From: Promethearchaeota archaeon
GTDB taxonomy: Archaea; Asgardarchaeota; Lokiarchaeia; Sigyniarchaeales; SOKP01
Assembly (NCBI GenBank): GCA_011364975.1
Contig: RDOE01000064.1
Span: forward strand, 1-18,639
Length of the DNA stretch: 18,639 nucleotides
Reading direction: 5' to 3'
Part shown: positions 15,968 through 18,639 of the stretch, one piece after another
Layout of the letters: each line of letters begins with the position of its first letter
How positions within the stretch are numbered: the first letter of the stretch is position 1
Position numbers and translations under genes: made by a program
The notes under the pieces: model-generated
Databases searched by the model: none
What the model saw: the letters and a program-made list of their open reading frames with translations, nothing else
What the model was told of the DNA's origin: nothing

Positions 15968-17164
15968 GTGATTATATTGACATTAATATCATCGAATTAT
16001 AGAGATTTAAAAAATTTAGTTAAGGATAAAAAAATTCCTTTAGCAATTTGCGATTTGGAGATGTTTAAACAGAACATCGAGAAAGTTGGGCAATTATTGA
16101 AGGGAAAAAATAAATTTATGCGAGTTTGCACTAAATCTATACGTGTTCCGGAGTTAATTAAACTAGTAGAACAAAAGGAGTTTGTTAATGGCATTTTTTG
16201 TTATAATTCAGCGGAGGTGCTATTTTATGCTGAATATTACAAGATCGAAGATATCTTACTTGGATATCCGATGTATTCGGAAATTGACGCCGAAGAGTTA
16301 TGTAAAGCCGCAAGTGTGGAGAATGTAAATGTTAGTGTAATGGTAGATGATATTAGGCAAATTAAACTCCTTGAAAAACACGCTATATCAAATAATGTTA
16401 ATTTTGATATATTAATTGAGATAGATGTTTCATATAAATTTCTTGGCCAAACTGTCGGAGTGTTAAGAAGTCCTTTAAACCGAAGCGAAGAAGTAATTAA
16501 ATTAGCTGAAGAAGTAGAACATGCGAATAATCTAAATTTTAGGGGTATTATGGGTTATGAAGCTCAAAATGCAAGCTTGGGAGATAATAAGTTACTTTAC
16601 AGGTGGATGAAAAAAAAATCTCGTGAATATGTTAATAACATGCATTACACTATAGTACAGGATCTAATTGAAGCAGGCTATGATGTGAAAGTTGTAAATG
16701 GTGGTGGGTCCGGTTGTTTTCAAGAAAATTTAGAAGAATCTATCATCACTGAAATAGGAATTGGTTCCTTGCTCTTTAAATCACATATATTTGATCCAAT
16801 TAATTCTTTAAATGAGTTCCAACCATCCCTCTTTTTTGTTTTACAAATTATTAGGATACCAAGGAAAAATACGGTTACTTCATTTTCAGGAGGTTATGTC
16901 AGTTCTGGTAGTGTAAGAGCTATTCCGAAACCAGTAATACCACCAGGTCTTAAAACGATAAAATTTGAAGAATTTGGGGAAGTCCAAACTCCGTTTAAAT
17001 TTAATCCTAAAAACTTAGTTCTAGATCTTGGTGATCCAGTTTTTTGTAGGTTTGGAAAAGCAGGAGAACCTTTAGAGCACTTCAATGAAGTATATATCTA
17101 TAGTAATGGAGAAATAGTAAATAAGTATAAGACTTATAGGGGTTTGGGAAAATTATTTTCCTAA
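15968..17164 (+). CDS. Fold-type III PLP enzyme (alanine racemase N-terminal domain; D-serine dehydratase / D-threonine aldolase-like)
   Basis: Motifs RVCTKSIR (PLP Lys), GIMGYEAQ, VNGGGSG, EIGIGS, GEVQTP, KAGE. Confidence 0.8.
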   Translation: MIILTLISSNYRDLKNLVKDKKIPLAICDLEMFKQNIEKVGQLLKGKNKFMRVCTKSIRVPELIKLVEQKEFVNGIFCYNSAEVLFYAEYYKIEDILLGYPMYSEIDAEELCKAASVENVNVSVMVDDIRQIKLLEKHAISNNVNFDILIEIDVSYKFLGQTVGVLRSPLNRSEEVIKLAEEVEHANNLNFRGIMGYEAQNASLGDNKLLYRWMKKKSREYVNNMHYTIVQDLIEAGYDVKVVNGGGSGCFQENLEESIITEIGIGSLLFKSHIFDPINSLNEFQPSLFFVLQIIRIPRKNTVTSFSGGYVSSGSVRAIPKPVIPPGLKTIKFEEFGEVQTPFKFNPKNLVLDLGDPVFCRFGKAGEPLEHFNEVYIYSNGEIVNKYKTYRGLGKLFS

Positions 17165-17228
17165 TTTTTTATCTAAAGTACAATTTATACAATTTAAATA
17201 TTAAAAGTAAATAATGGGTTATCCCAAT

Positions 17229-18639
17229 ATGAAAAAGGATACAAGATTTATTGATGAAAATGGAAAAGTCCTTATGTTAGGAAATGAAGCAATTGTAAGA
17301 GGATGTCTCGAAGCAGGTGTTTCTTATGTTTCACAATATCCCGGAACACCCACAAGCGATATTGGTGAATACTTCCATCAAATCTTAAATGAATTTCCAG
17401 AGTTTAAAGAATACCTAGTTCATCAATGGGCAGTAAATGAAGCTGTAGCGGCCTCTTCGTGTGCAGGAGTTGCGTGGACCGGCTGTAGATCGTTTAATCC
17501 AATGAAGCACGTTGGTCTCAATGTTGCCTCGGATGCCCTAAGTGTTATTGCGCTTAACGGCCCAAATCCAGGTAGCATGGTTATCTGCGTAGGTTCTGAT
17601 CCTGGATCTTTAGGATCGCACCAAGAACAGAACGAGCGATTTTACGCATGGATGTTGCACCTTCCGACTATAGAACCACATACACCTCAAGAATGTAAAG
17701 ATTGGGTAAAACTTGCATTCGATCTTTCAGAAAAGTATGACTTAATTATAAATCTCCGAACTTCTACAAGAACTGCTCATTCAAGAGGTTTTGTGGAACT
17801 TAAATCTCTAAAAAAAGGAAAGGCTCAAGGAAAATTTATTCGAGATATCCCTAAATATAATTCACTACCACCACATGCTATTAATAATCATATTCGTCTA
17901 TATGAACGAATAGAGAAACTAAGAGCGGAAATTCCAAGAATGGGGTTAAATAAAATTTTATCCGGTGATAATCGAATAGGGATTATTACTAGCGGAATGC
18001 CTTATGGTTATACTATTGAAGCCTTAAAACAATTAAAATTATTTGATGTGCCTGTGTTAAAATTAGGAATGATTTATCCATTAAACTATGATGAAATCAC
18101 TAATTTTATTCAGAATCTTGAAAAGGTTATAGTAATTGAGGAGTTAGAACCATTTTTAGAAATGAAAGTTGCTGAGATTGCTCATACTCAAAAGTTAAAT
18201 GTTGAAATAATAGGTGAACAGTTTTTTCCAAAATATAATGAATTCTCTACGGGATTGGTAGCATCTTGCTTAGCAAAGATTTATAAACGAGCTCCGAGTG
18301 AAAGAATAACTAAAGCAATAGAGTACTTTAACACATATAAAGATATAATCCCAAGTAGATTTCCTACATTTTGCGCGGGATGTCCTGAGCGAGCCACTCT
18401 TTATACAATTTTAAAAGCGACGAATTCTCTTGAAAATACAGTGATTTGCGGAGATATAGGCTGTTACGTAATGTCATTTTTCCCACCACAAAACTGTAGT
18501 GATTTAATTATCTGCATGTCAGGAGGTTTAAGTGCAGCTATAGGGATGTCTTCTAAGACAGATCAGAAAATAATTGCTATGATAGGAGACTCTACTTTCT
18601 TTCACACTGGAATGCCACCACTTGCTGAAGCTGTTGGAT
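17229..18639 (+). CDS. iorA: Indolepyruvate:ferredoxin oxidoreductase alpha subunit (runs off the window end)
   Basis: Manual translation from the ATG at 17229 gives MLGNEAIVRG..YPGTP, NEAVA, MKHVGLNVASD, FCAGCP, GDIGCY and IGDSTFFHTG. Missing from the ORF track because there is no stop in the window. Confidence 0.93.
   Translation, partial: MKKDTRFIDENGKVLMLGNEAIVRGCLEAGVSYVSQYPGTPTSDIGEYFHQILNEFPEFKEYLVHQWAVNEAVAASSCAGVAWTGCRSFNPMKHVGLNVASDALSVIALNGPNPGSMVICVGSDPGSLGSHQEQNERFYAWMLHLPTIEPHTPQECKDWVKLAFDLSEKYDLIINLRTSTRTAHSRGFVELKSLKKGKAQGKFIRDIPKYNSLPPHAINNHIRLYERIEKLRAEIPRMGLNKILSGDNRIGIITSGMPYGYTIEALKQLKLFDVPVLKLGMIYPLNYDEITNFIQNLEKVIVIEELEPFLEMKVAEIAHTQKLNVEIIGEQFFPKYNEFSTGLVASCLAKIYKRAPSERITKAIEYFNTYKDIIPSRFPTFCAGCPERATLYTILKATNSLENTVICGDIGCYVMSFFPPQNCSDLIICMSGGLSAAIGMSSKTDQKIIAMIGDSTFFHTGMPPLAEAVG

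Noticed and set aside
12703-17085. Short ORFs 12703..12894, 13519..13827, 15997..16194 and 16894..17085
   Set aside because: All are antisense shadows of well-supported genes.
1-18639. CRISPR array, tRNA/rRNA, IS/transposase or integrase
   Set aside because: No periodic repeat-spacer pattern, no GC-rich structural RNA segment and no recombinase motifs seen by eye.

Overview
AT-rich, probably archaeal window. The gene content and style suggest an Asgard/Lokiarchaeia-like organism, but this is inference. The right half (11.5-18.6 kb) looks like ordinary metabolism: tyrosine phenol-lyase (tpl), a stand-alone hexapeptide-repeat protein, hypB, a HemL-like class III aminotransferase, a fold-type III PLP enzyme and the 5' part of iorA. 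The left half is an accessory region with an unusual architecture. On the minus strand it reads tpl(full) - [secreted protein, 1566-aa FG-GAP surface protein, ABC ATPase, ABC-2 permease] - HEPN - MNT - 'tpl (5'-truncated, diverged allele) - [TraB/Tiki-like gene, small membrane ORF] - GC-rich hairpin - 'mnt (5'-truncated pseudogene). This amounts to two stacked versions of a tpl-[variable cargo]-mnt locus. They are bounded by interleaved direct repeats made of gene 3' ends (offsets 9852 bp and about 2611 bp), with no integrase or transposase in the window. The main hypothesis is an integrase-free, homologous-recombination cassette anchored in tpl and stabilised by a HEPN/MNT toxin-antitoxin pair. 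A strain-chimeric assembly is the main alternative. All comparisons were made by eye; no searches were run.
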